Shown here piece after piece: positions 8,912-18,447 of a DNA stretch of 64,000 nt. The notes beneath the pieces were generated by a model. The model saw only the letters and a list, made by a program, of their open reading frames with translations. It was not told where the DNA came from and made no database searches. Both the position numbers and the translations under genes were made by a program. Numbering within the stretch: position 1 is the first letter of the stretch; every line of letters begins with the position of its first letter. This DNA is from a virus: positions 105,778-169,777 of the IMG/VR virus record IMGVR_UViG_3300032249_000542. One strand, written 5' to 3'.

Positions 8912-10528
8912 ATCGCAATCAAACTTTTCGGATTCACCCTAGGTAAATCGGACATTGTTCAGGAACAACCACCTGAACAACCGTCGTTTACTCTACCTAC
9001 TTCTGCGCTTGATGATGGTGCAGTCACAGTCACTTCCAATGCTTATTATGGAACATATGTTGATTTAGAAGGTTCTGTTCGTAATGAACTAGAACTCATT
9101 ACACGTTATCGTGAAATGGCTAATCATCCAGAATGTGAAATGGCAATTGATGAAATTGTTACAGAAGCAGTTTCATTTAATCCAACTGGAAGAATAATCA
9201 ATATTGTCATGGACAATTTGAAACAACCAGACACAATCAAGAAGAAAATTAGAGATGAGTTTGATAACGTCTTAACAATGTTAAACTTTAGTAATCTTGC
9301 TGATGATTTGTTTAAGCGTTGGTATATTGACGGAAGAATCTATTACCATGTAGTTGTCAATGAAAAGGCACCTAAAGAAGGTATTCAAGAACTACGATAT
9401 ATTGATCCACGTAAGATTCGTAAAGTCAGAGAGATTGCAAAAGATCGTGATGCAAAGACTGGCACAATGATTATCAAATCTATTGCCGAATACTATGTGT
9501 ATAATGATCGTGGTACATCAACACAAACATACACCTCACAAGTAAATTCAGGTGTACGTATTGCACCAGAATCAGTTATCAATGTTAATTCTGGTTTAAC
9601 AGACGCAAAGAATACGTTTGTTATTTCTTATCTACATAAAGCAATTAAACCACTCAATCAACTTCGTATGGTTGAGGATGCAATCGTCATCTATCGTATT
9701 TCAAGAGCACCAGAACGCCGTGTATTCTATATTGACGTAGGTAACTTACCTAAAGGTAAAGCAGAACAGTATCTACGTGACGTTATGGTTAAGTATCGTA
9801 ACAAGATGGTTTATGATGCAAACACCGGTGAACTCCGTGATGATCGTAAACATATGTCAATGTTGGAAGATTTCTGGTTACCTCGTCGTGAAGGTGGTAA
9901 AGGTACAGAGATTACTACATTGCCTGCAGGACAAAACCTTGGTGAGTTAGAAGATGTAAAGTATTTCCAAAAGAAACTTTTACAATCACTTAACGTACCA
10001 TATTCACGACTAGAACCACAACAAGGTGGAATGATTGGTCTAGGTCGTGTATCTGAAGTTACCCGTGATGAAATTAAGTTCACTAAGTTTATTCAAAGAT
10101 TGCGTAACAAGTTCTGTCAAATATTTGATAGAGCAATGGAGATGCAACTTGTACTAAAAGGTATTTGTACAAGAGAAGAATGGGCACAGTTTAAAGAGTT
10201 TATTCACTATGACTTTATCAAAGATAATAATTATATCGAGATGCGTGATGCAGAAGTTCTCCGTGAAAGACTGAATCTTGCAATGCAGGTAGATCCATTT
10301 ACTGGTAAATATTATTCACAGGAATGGATTAAGAGAAATGTTCTACGTTTGACCGATGCTGAAATATCAGAGATGGACAAACAGATGCAAAAGGAACAAG
10401 CAGGACCTGTACTTGCACCTCCACCTGAAACGCAGCCGGTTGATAATACACAAGATGATGCGTCTGCAACTACTGAGTCAGCTACTCCGCAACTTGATGC
10501 GGAAGTAGATAAATACTCACTCAAATAA
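8912..10528 (+). CDS. gp20: Portal protein gp20 (predicted ATC start)
   Basis: RWYIDGR, YRISRAPERRVFYIDVGNLPK, EDFWLPRREGGKGTEI; the frame extends 68 codons upstream of ATG 9116 with a typical N-terminus (I)AIKLFGFTLG behind a GAGAGG RBS. Confidence 0.95.
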   Translation: MAIKLFGFTLGKSDIVQEQPPEQPSFTLPTSALDDGAVTVTSNAYYGTYVDLEGSVRNELELITRYREMANHPECEMAIDEIVTEAVSFNPTGRIINIVMDNLKQPDTIKKKIRDEFDNVLTMLNFSNLADDLFKRWYIDGRIYYHVVVNEKAPKEGIQELRYIDPRKIRKVREIAKDRDAKTGTMIIKSIAEYYVYNDRGTSTQTYTSQVNSGVRIAPESVINVNSGLTDAKNTFVISYLHKAIKPLNQLRMVEDAIVIYRISRAPERRVFYIDVGNLPKGKAEQYLRDVMVKYRNKMVYDANTGELRDDRKHMSMLEDFWLPRREGGKGTEITTLPAGQNLGELEDVKYFQKKLLQSLNVPYSRLEPQQGGMIGLGRVSEVTRDEIKFTKFIQRLRNKFCQIFDRAMEMQLVLKGICTREEWAQFKEFIHYDFIKDNNYIEMRDAEVLRERLNLAMQVDPFTGKYYSQEWIKRNVLRLTDAEISEMDKQMQKEQAGPVLAPPPETQPVDNTQDDASATTESATPQLDAEVDKYSLK

Positions 10529-10531
10529 ATA
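10524..10531 (+). promoter_or_regulatory. Late promoter (AATAAATA)
   Basis: TAAATA core upstream of the prohead core genes. Confidence 0.5.
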
Positions 10532-10549
10532 CATGTTAAGGAGTCTTAA

Positions 10550-10741
10550 ATGGACATAAGAAATTTTATAGATTTAGTTGGTTCAAATCAAAATGCAGAA
10601 GCTAAAGATGCATTAGACGAAATTCTATCAGGTAAAGCTTTTGAAGCACTAGAAGGTCGTAAACAAGAAATAGCTAGTTCCTTATATTCTAGTGAACAAT
10701 CAGAAGTTTCTAATGAGGAACCTGAAACGGAAGAAGAATGA
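10550..10741 (+). CDS. Prohead core protein, gp67-like
   Basis: Small acidic protein directly after portal (KAFEALEGRKQEIASSL, E-rich tail); RBS AAGGAG. Confidence 0.65.
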   Translation: MDIRNFIDLVGSNQNAEAKDALDEILSGKAFEALEGRKQEIASSLYSSEQSEVSNEEPETEEE

Positions 10742-11511
10742 AATCGTTATTAGAGTTTAAATCTATTACCGAAGAAGAAAAGGCAGACTACTCTAAGTTT
10801 GATGCCTTGATCCGTGCTGGACTTGCAAACAAAGCACAGGTTCAACGTATTCATAAAATCTTAGATAAGATGGGTGAAGAACGTCCAGTATTTAACAATG
10901 CTGATCGTGCCATCATGCAAAACCTATTCACTAAAATGGTAGATTTAATCTCTAATAATAAACAGATTTTTACACAAGCACGCCGTGCTGTGCGTGAAGA
11001 AATAGAAGAAGGTGTAATTGCAACATCCGATTACAAGATTGGTACAGATGGTCGTAAAGTAAAAGCACATCGTATTCAAGTTGGTAAACGTGATGAACCA
11101 GAAGATCAAAAGATTATGGAAGAACCTTTGGCAATAAAGGATCCTCCTAATGTTCTTCTACTAAAAAGAATTACGACTAGACTGTTTCCTGACGGAACAA
11201 GAGTTGCATTATATTATAACAAATTATTAGATAAGCATTTTACCATACCATATGGTCCTGGTATTAATGCACCATTGCAAGCTGAAGAATTACAAATGTC
11301 GGCATTTGATTCTTTACAGATGGTTCTTGCAAATGGAGAAGATACAGAAATTTCATTTGGTAATGAATACCGTATAGTAAGTTTAGTTGAGGCACAGTCG
11401 TTAATACGTCTATATCATAATTTAAGTGAAGAAAACAAACAACGAATGATTAATCAGTTAGATAATCCAGAGATGTTTGACAAATTTACCGATTATGCAT
11501 TAAAACAATGA
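10738..11511 (+). CDS. Putative internal head protein
   Basis: In head operon; leader MKSLLEFKSITEE and internal (I/L/V)xE sites. Confidence 0.55.
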   Translation: MKSLLEFKSITEEEKADYSKFDALIRAGLANKAQVQRIHKILDKMGEERPVFNNADRAIMQNLFTKMVDLISNNKQIFTQARRAVREEIEEGVIATSDYKIGTDGRKVKAHRIQVGKRDEPEDQKIMEEPLAIKDPPNVLLLKRITTRLFPDGTRVALYYNKLLDKHFTIPYGPGINAPLQAEELQMSAFDSLQMVLANGEDTEISFGNEYRIVSLVEAQSLIRLYHNLSEENKQRMINQLDNPEMFDKFTDYALKQ

Positions 11512-11933
11512 ACCTTATAAATGCATTACTAAGTAATGATGTAATTAAATTTAAAGAACTGGTTTATGAGCAGTTAAGTATTATTGCTGCTCGTAAACTA
11601 GAAGAAGAAAAAAAAGAAATTGCTTCTGCTCAATTTGAAGTAGAGTTAGAAGAAGGAAACATTGTTACTTCTGGACGTGTTCAAAGAATACGCCGTCGTA
11701 TTAGAAGAAATAAAAAAGGTAGAATTACAGTACAACGTAATGTACGTAGGTCTGCTATTAAAGGTTATAGACTTTCTGGTGGTACCGTAAGACGCATTCC
11801 TGTTCAACAGAAAATGCACAAGGCCAGAATGTTAAAAAGGTATTGGAAAACTAAAGGTCGTTCAAAATTAAAACGTACCTTAATGAAAAGAAAAATGTCT
11901 TTGAATAGACGCAAATCAATGGGGATAAAATAA
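11508..11933 (+). CDS. Prohead core protein, gp68-like (acidic N-terminus, Arg/Lys-rich C-terminus)
   Basis: Position before gp21; C-terminal KRTLMKRKMSLNRRKSMGI. Confidence 0.6.
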   Translation: MNLINALLSNDVIKFKELVYEQLSIIAARKLEEEKKEIASAQFEVELEEGNIVTSGRVQRIRRRIRRNKKGRITVQRNVRRSAIKGYRLSGGTVRRIPVQQKMHKARMLKRYWKTKGRSKLKRTLMKRKMSLNRRKSMGIK

Positions 11934-11934
11934 A

Positions 11935-12297
11935 ATGCCATTAGAGATTACCAACTCGTTAAGAAATCATTCTATTGCAAGGGCTACTGGTCCAGGAACA
12001 TATACGATTGCTCTTAACGATCTAAGAAAAAATACAACAACCGAAGTTGTTAATACGGCTGATATTAAAAGAATAGTTTGGTCAACAAATGCTAGCATTA
12101 CTATTGTACGTAATAGTGTAGAACTTGCATCTTTACATACTGCTGGTGAAATGCGTTTTGATGACTGGAATCACAGTCTTGCAAATAACAATGGTTCAAG
12201 CATTGTAATTACTATTGTAACTGGTGGAACAATTGTTTTAGAGTTATCTAAACAAGCATCGTTTAATGTGGATCCAGTAACAGGAGTAACACTATAA
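11935..12297 (+). CDS. Hypothetical virion protein
   Basis: Translationally coupled ORF in the head operon, beta-rich. Confidence 0.55.
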   Translation: MPLEITNSLRNHSIARATGPGTYTIALNDLRKNTTTEVVNTADIKRIVWSTNASITIVRNSVELASLHTAGEMRFDDWNHSLANNNGSSIVITIVTGGTIVLELSKQASFNVDPVTGVTL

Positions 12298-12947
12298 TGA
12301 AACTAATTACCGAACAAATTGAGAACGTAAAATATCTCACAGAAAAAACTGAAGATGGTAAAAAGAAGTTGTACATTGAAGGTACATTCTTAGTGGGTGA
12401 TGCAGTTAATAAAAATAACCGCATGTACAAGATGGACACCCTACGCAATGAAGTTAAAAGATATGACGAAGAATATATTAAGACCAATCGTGCATTAGGT
12501 GAACTTGGTCACCCAGATACTCCTTCTTTGAATCTAGAGAGAGTGTCACATAAAATTGTTTCTTTAGCAGAAGATGGTAACACATTCTATGGCAAAGCAA
12601 TGATTCTAGACACACCATACGGTCAGATCGTCAAAAACTTTATTGACTCTGGTGTTAATCTAGGAGTATCATCCCGTGCTATGGGTTCTGTTACCATGAC
12701 TAAAGAAGGATATAATCTGGTACAAGATGATTTAAGGCTTGCAACTGCAGCCGATATTGTTGCAGATCCATCTGCTCCAGGCGCATTTATCAACGGCATT
12801 ATGGAAAATAAAGAGTGGTTGTTTGTCGAGGGACGTTTTGTGGAAATGGATATTGATAACGCCAAAAGACAGATCAAACAGGCATCTAAACAACAAATAG
12901 AACATGTAGCTCTGAATCTATTTGAAAATTTTCTCAGAAAACTTTAA
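12297..12947 (+). CDS. gp21: Prohead protease gp21
   Basis: MKLITE, RALGELGHP, LGVSSRAMGS, DIVADPSAP. Confidence 0.96.
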   Translation: MKLITEQIENVKYLTEKTEDGKKKLYIEGTFLVGDAVNKNNRMYKMDTLRNEVKRYDEEYIKTNRALGELGHPDTPSLNLERVSHKIVSLAEDGNTFYGKAMILDTPYGQIVKNFIDSGVNLGVSSRAMGSVTMTKEGYNLVQDDLRLATAADIVADPSAPGAFINGIMENKEWLFVEGRFVEMDIDNAKRQIKQASKQQIEHVALNLFENFLRKL

Positions 12948-12950
12948 TTT

Positions 12951-12958
12951 TATAAATA
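12951..12958 (+). promoter_or_regulatory. Late promoter (TATAAATA)
   Basis: Perfect T4 late consensus upstream of gp22-gp23. Confidence 0.8.
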
Positions 12959-12983
12959 TTCAATCATAAAAGGAGATCCTTAA

Positions 12984-14051
12984 ATGGCAACCAACAAATT
13001 ACTAGAAGCAGCTGCTGATATTCTTGCCGGAAGCAAGAAGTCTGCCCCAGCTATGCCGACAGCAAAACTTTCAGGTACAGAAATGGACTTGGGCGGACCA
13101 ACACCACAAAATGGCAAACCAGACGACGATTCGAATAAAATCGATTCGACTAAGGGTGCTAAGTCTGCAACTGCTCCAACAACAAAACCATCTGCTGCAT
13201 CTTCGGATACTCAGAACCATCCACAAGGTGGAACTAAGACAATGAAGGAAGATGACGAACAAGACGAAGAATTAATTGCTGAAAAAATGCATGACGAAGA
13301 AAAGAAAGAAATGATGAAGAAGAAAATGAAAGAGGACGTTAATGCTCTTTTCTCTGACGATTCTACCATTTCCGAAGAATTCAAATTTAAAGCAGCTACA
13401 ATTTTTGAAGCACGTATTAATGATCGTATTCAACAAATTGAAGAAGAAGTAGAAGTTAGATATGCTTCTATGTTCGAAGAAGCTGTAGAAGAAATCAAAA
13501 ATGATTTGACGACTAAAGTAAATGACTACCTAGAGTATGTTGTTGAACAATGGTTGGCAGATAACGAAATCGCAATTGAATCCGGTTTACGTTCAGAAAT
13601 TACTGAAGAATTTATCGCAGGACTACGTAATCTATTTGCAGAACATTACATCGATGTTCCAGAAGATAAAGTTGACCTAGTAGATGAACTAGCAGGACAA
13701 GTTGAACAACTGGAAGACAAACTTAACGAAGAAATGCAATATGGCATTGAGTTAAGAAAAGCTTTAATTGAATCAACTAAAAATGAAATCGTTCACAATG
13801 TGTGTGATGGTTTAACGGCAACTCAAGTTGAAAAGATCAGATCACTCGCAGAGAGTGTAGAATTCTCCACAGAGGAAGAATACACAGAGAAACTTGAAAC
13901 AATCCGTGAAAACTATTTCCCATCAGGAATTAGAAAAGCTGATGTAACACATTTGCAAGAACAATATGAAGATGCTGACAACGAAAAGAAAGTCATTCAT
14001 GACCCTTACGTTGCAATGGTATCCCAAGCAATTTCAAAAACAAAAATTTAA
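12984..14051 (+). CDS. gp22: Prohead scaffold protein gp22
   Basis: SEEFKFKAATIFEA, YLEYVVEQW, LFAEHYIDVP; acidic coiled coil. Confidence 0.94.
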   Translation: MATNKLLEAAADILAGSKKSAPAMPTAKLSGTEMDLGGPTPQNGKPDDDSNKIDSTKGAKSATAPTTKPSAASSDTQNHPQGGTKTMKEDDEQDEELIAEKMHDEEKKEMMKKKMKEDVNALFSDDSTISEEFKFKAATIFEARINDRIQQIEEEVEVRYASMFEEAVEEIKNDLTTKVNDYLEYVVEQWLADNEIAIESGLRSEITEEFIAGLRNLFAEHYIDVPEDKVDLVDELAGQVEQLEDKLNEEMQYGIELRKALIESTKNEIVHNVCDGLTATQVEKIRSLAESVEFSTEEEYTEKLETIRENYFPSGIRKADVTHLQEQYEDADNEKKVIHDPYVAMVSQAISKTKI

Positions 14052-14069
14052 ATAAACAAGGAGACTTAT

Positions 14070-15410
14070 ATGTATTTGTCAGAAGGCCTACAAACCAAAT
14101 GGGAATCGGTGCTTAATCACCCAGAACTCCCAGCAATTAAAGATCCATACCGTAAAGCAGTTACGGCTTTGATTCTAGAAAACCAAGTTCAATCGATGCA
14201 AAAGGAAGGTCAAATCCTTACCGAAGCATCACCAACTAACTCTGCTGGTACAGGTGGTTTTGGTGGTGGCGCTACTGCAACAGGTCCTGTTGCTGGTTTC
14301 GACCCAATCATCATTTCTTTGGTTCGTCGTTCACTACCTAACCTAATCGCTTATGACGTTTGCGGCGTTCAGCCAATGACTGGTCCTACAGGATTAATTT
14401 TTGCAATGCGTACACGTTTTGGTACACAATCAGGAGACGAAGCATTCTATAACGAAGCTAATACTCGTCACTCTGGTGCTGAATCCGCTGTTGCAACAAC
14501 TTATGCACTACAAGCTGATACAGCTGCATCAGACAACGTATTCGCAAACACAATTCTTGCAGGTCCTTCAATGGCTACAGCATCTGCTGAAGCTCTTGGT
14601 ACTTCAGGTGCAGTTGCATTTGAAGAAATGGCATTCTCAATCGAGAAAGTTACTGTAACTGCTAAGACCCGTGCTCTAAAAGCAGAATACTCAATGGAAC
14701 TTGCACAAGACTTGAAAGCAGTTCATGGTCTAGACGCAGAAACAGAATTGGCTAACATCCTTTCTTCTGAAATTCTTGCTGAAATCAACCGTGAAGTTGT
14801 TCGTACAATTTACACAGTTGCAAAAACTGGCGCACAAATTGGTACAACTACTGCTGGTACATTCAATCTTGACACCGACTCAAACGGTCGTTGGATGGTT
14901 GAAAAGATCAAAGGTCTAGCATTCCAAATCGAACGTGAAGCTAACTTCATCGCTAAGACAACTCGTCGTGGAAAAGGTAACATGGTTATCTGTTCTTCAG
15001 ACGTAGCTTCTGCTCTAGCAATGGCTGGTATTCTTGACTATCAATCAGCATTGCAAGGTCAAGTATCATTGACAGTTGATGATACTGGTAACACATATGC
15101 TGGTACATTGTTCGGTCGTATGAAAGTGTACATCGATCCATACTTCCCAACTGGCTCTTCAACCGAGTTCGCTGTTGTTGGTTACAAAGGTTCGAATGCT
15201 TATGACGCTGGTATCTTCTACTGCCCATACGTTCCTCTACAAATGGTTCGTGCAGTTGATACAGGTTCCTTCCAACCAAAAATTGGTTTCAAGACTCGTT
15301 ACGGAATGGTTGCAAACCCATTCGCAGAGGGTACAACCCAAGGTTCAGGAAACTTGAATCGTCAATCGAACTTCTACTATCGTGCAATCAAGATCGCAAA
15401 CTTGATGTAA
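14070..15410 (+). CDS. gp23: Major capsid protein gp23
   Basis: LVRRSLPNLIAYDVCGVQPMTGPTGLIFAMR, ELAQDLKAVHGLDAE, FQPKIGFKTRYG. Confidence 0.99.
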   Translation: MYLSEGLQTKWESVLNHPELPAIKDPYRKAVTALILENQVQSMQKEGQILTEASPTNSAGTGGFGGGATATGPVAGFDPIIISLVRRSLPNLIAYDVCGVQPMTGPTGLIFAMRTRFGTQSGDEAFYNEANTRHSGAESAVATTYALQADTAASDNVFANTILAGPSMATASAEALGTSGAVAFEEMAFSIEKVTVTAKTRALKAEYSMELAQDLKAVHGLDAETELANILSSEILAEINREVVRTIYTVAKTGAQIGTTTAGTFNLDTDSNGRWMVEKIKGLAFQIEREANFIAKTTRRGKGNMVICSSDVASALAMAGILDYQSALQGQVSLTVDDTGNTYAGTLFGRMKVYIDPYFPTGSSTEFAVVGYKGSNAYDAGIFYCPYVPLQMVRAVDTGSFQPKIGFKTRYGMVANPFAEGTTQGSGNLNRQSNFYYRAIKIANLM

Positions 15411-15448
15411 TCAGTAGACAAAACATAATAATAACTATAAGATGTTTT

Positions 15449-15476
15449 AGAGGGATCTTCGGATCCCTCTTTTTTT
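15449..15476 (+). terminator. Intrinsic terminator after gp23
   Basis: AGAGGGATC-TTCG-GATCCCTCT + T tract (UUCG tetraloop). Confidence 0.92.
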
Positions 15477-15480
15477 CGCA

Positions 15481-15488
15481 CATAAATA
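15481..15488 (+). promoter_or_regulatory. Late promoter (CATAAATA)
   Basis: Directly after the terminator, upstream of gp3. Confidence 0.6.
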
Positions 15489-15524
15489 TATGCATCAGTT
15501 TCACTCAACCATAGAACATAACAT

Positions 15525-16052
15525 ATGAGTTCAAGTTTAATAGGCGGAGAAGGTACGTCATTCTTACATGGGAATAAGTTTCAATTAAACTTTGCCCGTG
15601 TACCATATCTTCAATATTTCTGTCAAGCAGTCAATCTCCCAGGGATATCTCTTGGTGAGATACAAAGGAACACCCCTTTTGTTGACATCTATTCTCCAGG
15701 TGAAAAGGCAATCTATGATATATTGAATGTAACTTTTATTGTTGATGAGAATTTAAAGTCTTGGTGGGAAATACATGACTGGATTCGTGCAATGACATTC
15801 CCAACTACCTTTGAAGAATATAAAGGTTTAAACCAACTATCACCTCTTGCAGATAAAGACTTTCCGCAATTCTCTGACGCACATTTAAGTATTTTAACAA
15901 CGGCAAACAATCCAAACTATCGTGTTAAGTTTGTGGATTGTTTCCCAATATCATTATCGTCTATAATGTTTTCCGCAATGGATACTCCAGACAATATCAT
16001 TACTGCCGATGCATCATTCAGATTTTCTTATTTTAATATTGACAAAATGTAA
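15525..16052 (+). CDS. gp3: Tail completion protein gp3
   Basis: YFCQAVNLPGISLG, FIVDENL, FPISLS; position after gp23. Confidence 0.88.
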   Translation: MSSSLIGGEGTSFLHGNKFQLNFARVPYLQYFCQAVNLPGISLGEIQRNTPFVDIYSPGEKAIYDILNVTFIVDENLKSWWEIHDWIRAMTFPTTFEEYKGLNQLSPLADKDFPQFSDAHLSILTTANNPNYRVKFVDCFPISLSSIMFSAMDTPDNIITADASFRFSYFNIDKM

Positions 16053-16067
16053 CAAATAGTATATACT
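16039..16067 (+). promoter_or_regulatory. sigma70-type promoter for uvsY/uvsW
   Basis: TTGACA-N17-TATACT. Confidence 0.75.
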
Positions 16068-16088
16068 CTCCACATAGGAGATTACTTT

Positions 16089-16523
16089 ATGAAACAACTT
16101 GATGAACTATTAGAAATGTGGCGCAAAGACTGTGACATTGATCGCACAGAACCAGGTAAAGCACTTCTAGACATACCCAAACTACACAGTAAATATTTGA
16201 CTATTCTTTCCAAACATAGAATGTTAGGGAAGGATGCTGAGTTTCAACTTAACCGTTGGAAGAAAACTAAATGGGAATATTATACTGGTAAGTTAGATGA
16301 TGATGACTTGAAGAAGTATGGTTGGGAACCATTTCCATATACTCTCAAATCTGATCTTAATACATACTTAGATGCAGATGAAGATATTGCAAAGTACAAA
16401 GCAAAAAAATTAATACATGATGAAGTTGTAGATGTCTGTACATTCATTCTTAAAGAGTTAAACTCTCGCACATATCAATTACGTGACTTTATAACATGGG
16501 AAAGATTTATTCAAGGTGTCTAA
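16089..16523 (+). CDS. uvsY: Recombination mediator UvsY
   Basis: IPKLHSKYL, KWEYYTGK, YLDADED; synteny. Confidence 0.92.
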   Translation: MKQLDELLEMWRKDCDIDRTEPGKALLDIPKLHSKYLTILSKHRMLGKDAEFQLNRWKKTKWEYYTGKLDDDDLKKYGWEPFPYTLKSDLNTYLDADEDIAKYKAKKLIHDEVVDVCTFILKELNSRTYQLRDFITWERFIQGV

Positions 16524-17979
16524 TATAATTCTCCACAAGCGTAACGAAGCATTCATACATTTTGAATGTGACCGTGGTACAGCACAAGAGTTAAGTGATT
16601 ACTTTACTTTTTTTGTCCCAGGTTATCAGTTCATGCCTGCATTTAAAAATAGAATCTGGGATGGGAAGGTACGACTTGCAGACCTTCGTAACTTTACCAT
16701 CTATCATGGACTAGTACCTTACATTCAACAATTCTGTGAAGAAAGAGATTATGAATTAACAATTGATCCTAAAGTTAATTCTACAATAAATTACTCTGCG
16801 ATAGAAGCAAAAGAATTTATTGATACGTTAAATCTACCGTATGAAATTCGTGACTATCAATTAAAATCATTTATACAAGCAGTAAGAAACAAACGTATAA
16901 TGATTCTCTCACCTACTGCATCTGGCAAATCACTTATCCTTTACATGATACTTCGGCATCTACAACACACAGATCATCAAAAAGGTTTGTTGATTGTACC
17001 AACCACATCGTTGGTAGAACAGATGTATAAAGACTTTGAAGATTATGGATTTGATTCAGATCAATATTGTCACCGTCAATATTCTGGTAAAGAAAAACAT
17101 TCAGATAAATTTTTAACGATTACTACGTGGCAATCTATCTACAAGAATCCTAAAGAATATTTTGAACAGTTTGATTTTGTATTAGGTGATGAGGCACATC
17201 AATTTAAAGCAAAGTCATTAACCACAATTATGTCTGGTCTAGAAAATGCATCGTATCGTATTGGATGTACAGGAACACTAGATGGAGCGCAGACACACAA
17301 GTTAGTATTAGAAGGATTGTTTGGTCCTGTATATAAATTTGTGACTACTGCGGAACTGATTGAACAAGGTCACCTAGCAGAATTTAAAATTAAATGTTTG
17401 ATACTTGAATACCCAGAAGAAGTTAGGAAGATGGCAAAGGGTTGGGACTATCAATCTGAGATCGAATATATAGTTAAGAACCCGAAAAGAAATGAGTTTA
17501 TTCGTAATCTAGCACTCTCACTTGAAGGTAACACTCTCATACTATTCCAGTTCGTTGAAAAACACGGAAAGGATTTGTATGCATCAATTAAAGAACACTC
17601 AAAAAATAGACAGGTGTTCTTTGTCTATGGCGGAACAGATGTTGAGATCCGTGAATCTGTACGCTCCATTACTGAAAAAGAAAACGATGCAATTATTGTC
17701 GCATCCTACGGCACTTTTAGTACAGGTATCAACATTCGCAATCTTCATAATATTGTTTTTGCATCTCCTAGTAAGTCAAGAGTACGTAACTTACAATCTA
17801 TTGGTAGAGGATTAAGAATAGGAGATAATAAAGAATCAGCAACTTTGTTTGATATTGCAGATGATTTTCGTATTGGTAAATATACCAACTACACCTTGCA
17901 TCATTTCATAGAACGTGTTAAAATATACGATGAAGAAAAGTTCAAATATAAGTTTTATAACATAGAGATAAAAAAATGA
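16516..17979 (+). CDS. uvsW: DNA/RNA helicase UvsW
   Basis: SPTASGKS, DEAH, TGTL, LQSIGRGLR. Confidence 0.96.
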   Translation: MSNIILHKRNEAFIHFECDRGTAQELSDYFTFFVPGYQFMPAFKNRIWDGKVRLADLRNFTIYHGLVPYIQQFCEERDYELTIDPKVNSTINYSAIEAKEFIDTLNLPYEIRDYQLKSFIQAVRNKRIMILSPTASGKSLILYMILRHLQHTDHQKGLLIVPTTSLVEQMYKDFEDYGFDSDQYCHRQYSGKEKHSDKFLTITTWQSIYKNPKEYFEQFDFVLGDEAHQFKAKSLTTIMSGLENASYRIGCTGTLDGAQTHKLVLEGLFGPVYKFVTTAELIEQGHLAEFKIKCLILEYPEEVRKMAKGWDYQSEIEYIVKNPKRNEFIRNLALSLEGNTLILFQFVEKHGKDLYASIKEHSKNRQVFFVYGGTDVEIRESVRSITEKENDAIIVASYGTFSTGINIRNLHNIVFASPSKSRVRNLQSIGRGLRIGDNKESATLFDIADDFRIGKYTNYTLHHFIERVKIYDEEKFKYKFYNIEIKK

Positions 17980-18389
17980 CTATTAAAATAATCCGTATGC
18001 AATCAGGTGAAGATATATTAGCTGATGTTCATCATGAACCGAATCATGTTAAGATAGACAATCCTATGCGTTTAGTATTTCGTAGATTACCTACTGGTCA
18101 AACGATGATGTTGTTAGCACCATGGTTACCAAATGAATTAGTAGAAGAAGATTATGCAACTATATCTAATAGTGATATCCTAACTATATTTAATCCTAAG
18201 ATGAAGTTAGTTGAATATTACAATAAGATGGTAGAAATTCAGATGAAAAGAAAACAAGAGTTTGGAAAGGTAATCGATGAATACTTACAAGATGAAATGG
18301 ATGATGTAGATAACCTTGAAGAACCAGATGAATTAACAGCAGAGATATTAGAAGCATTGAATGATGTCACTAGAGATAAACTTCATTAA
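17976..18389 (+). CDS. Conserved hypothetical protein (Sm-like N-terminus)
   Basis: IKIIRMQSGEDILA; usual position between uvsW and gp55. Confidence 0.6.
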   Translation: MTIKIIRMQSGEDILADVHHEPNHVKIDNPMRLVFRRLPTGQTMMLLAPWLPNELVEEDYATISNSDILTIFNPKMKLVEYYNKMVEIQMKRKQEFGKVIDEYLQDEMDDVDNLEEPDELTAEILEALNDVTRDKLH

Positions 18390-18399
18390 TCACACAACC

Positions 18400-18427
18400 A
18401 TTATACAACAAATTTTAAAAAAGTCAA
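18400..18427 (-). promoter_or_regulatory. Antisense sigma70-type promoter upstream of gp55
   Basis: Minus strand TTGACT-N16-TATAAT filling the intergenic gap. Confidence 0.5.
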
Positions 18428-18447
18428 GTACAATCTAAGGCAATCAT

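Noticed and set aside
9116-9118. ORF-track starts at 9116, 22552, 25220, 31382, 34279, 35503, 48352, 53973
   Set aside because: Better starts chosen from RBS position, stop/start overlaps and family N-termini (8912, 22567, 25277, 31436, 34300, 35557, 48367, 54030)
17522-17815. +1 ORF inside uvsW (similar cases at 13024, 14401, 37779, 40066)
   Set aside because: TTG or weak starts, no clear RBS, overlap conserved cores; a mild C-ending codon shift was noticed but is insufficient
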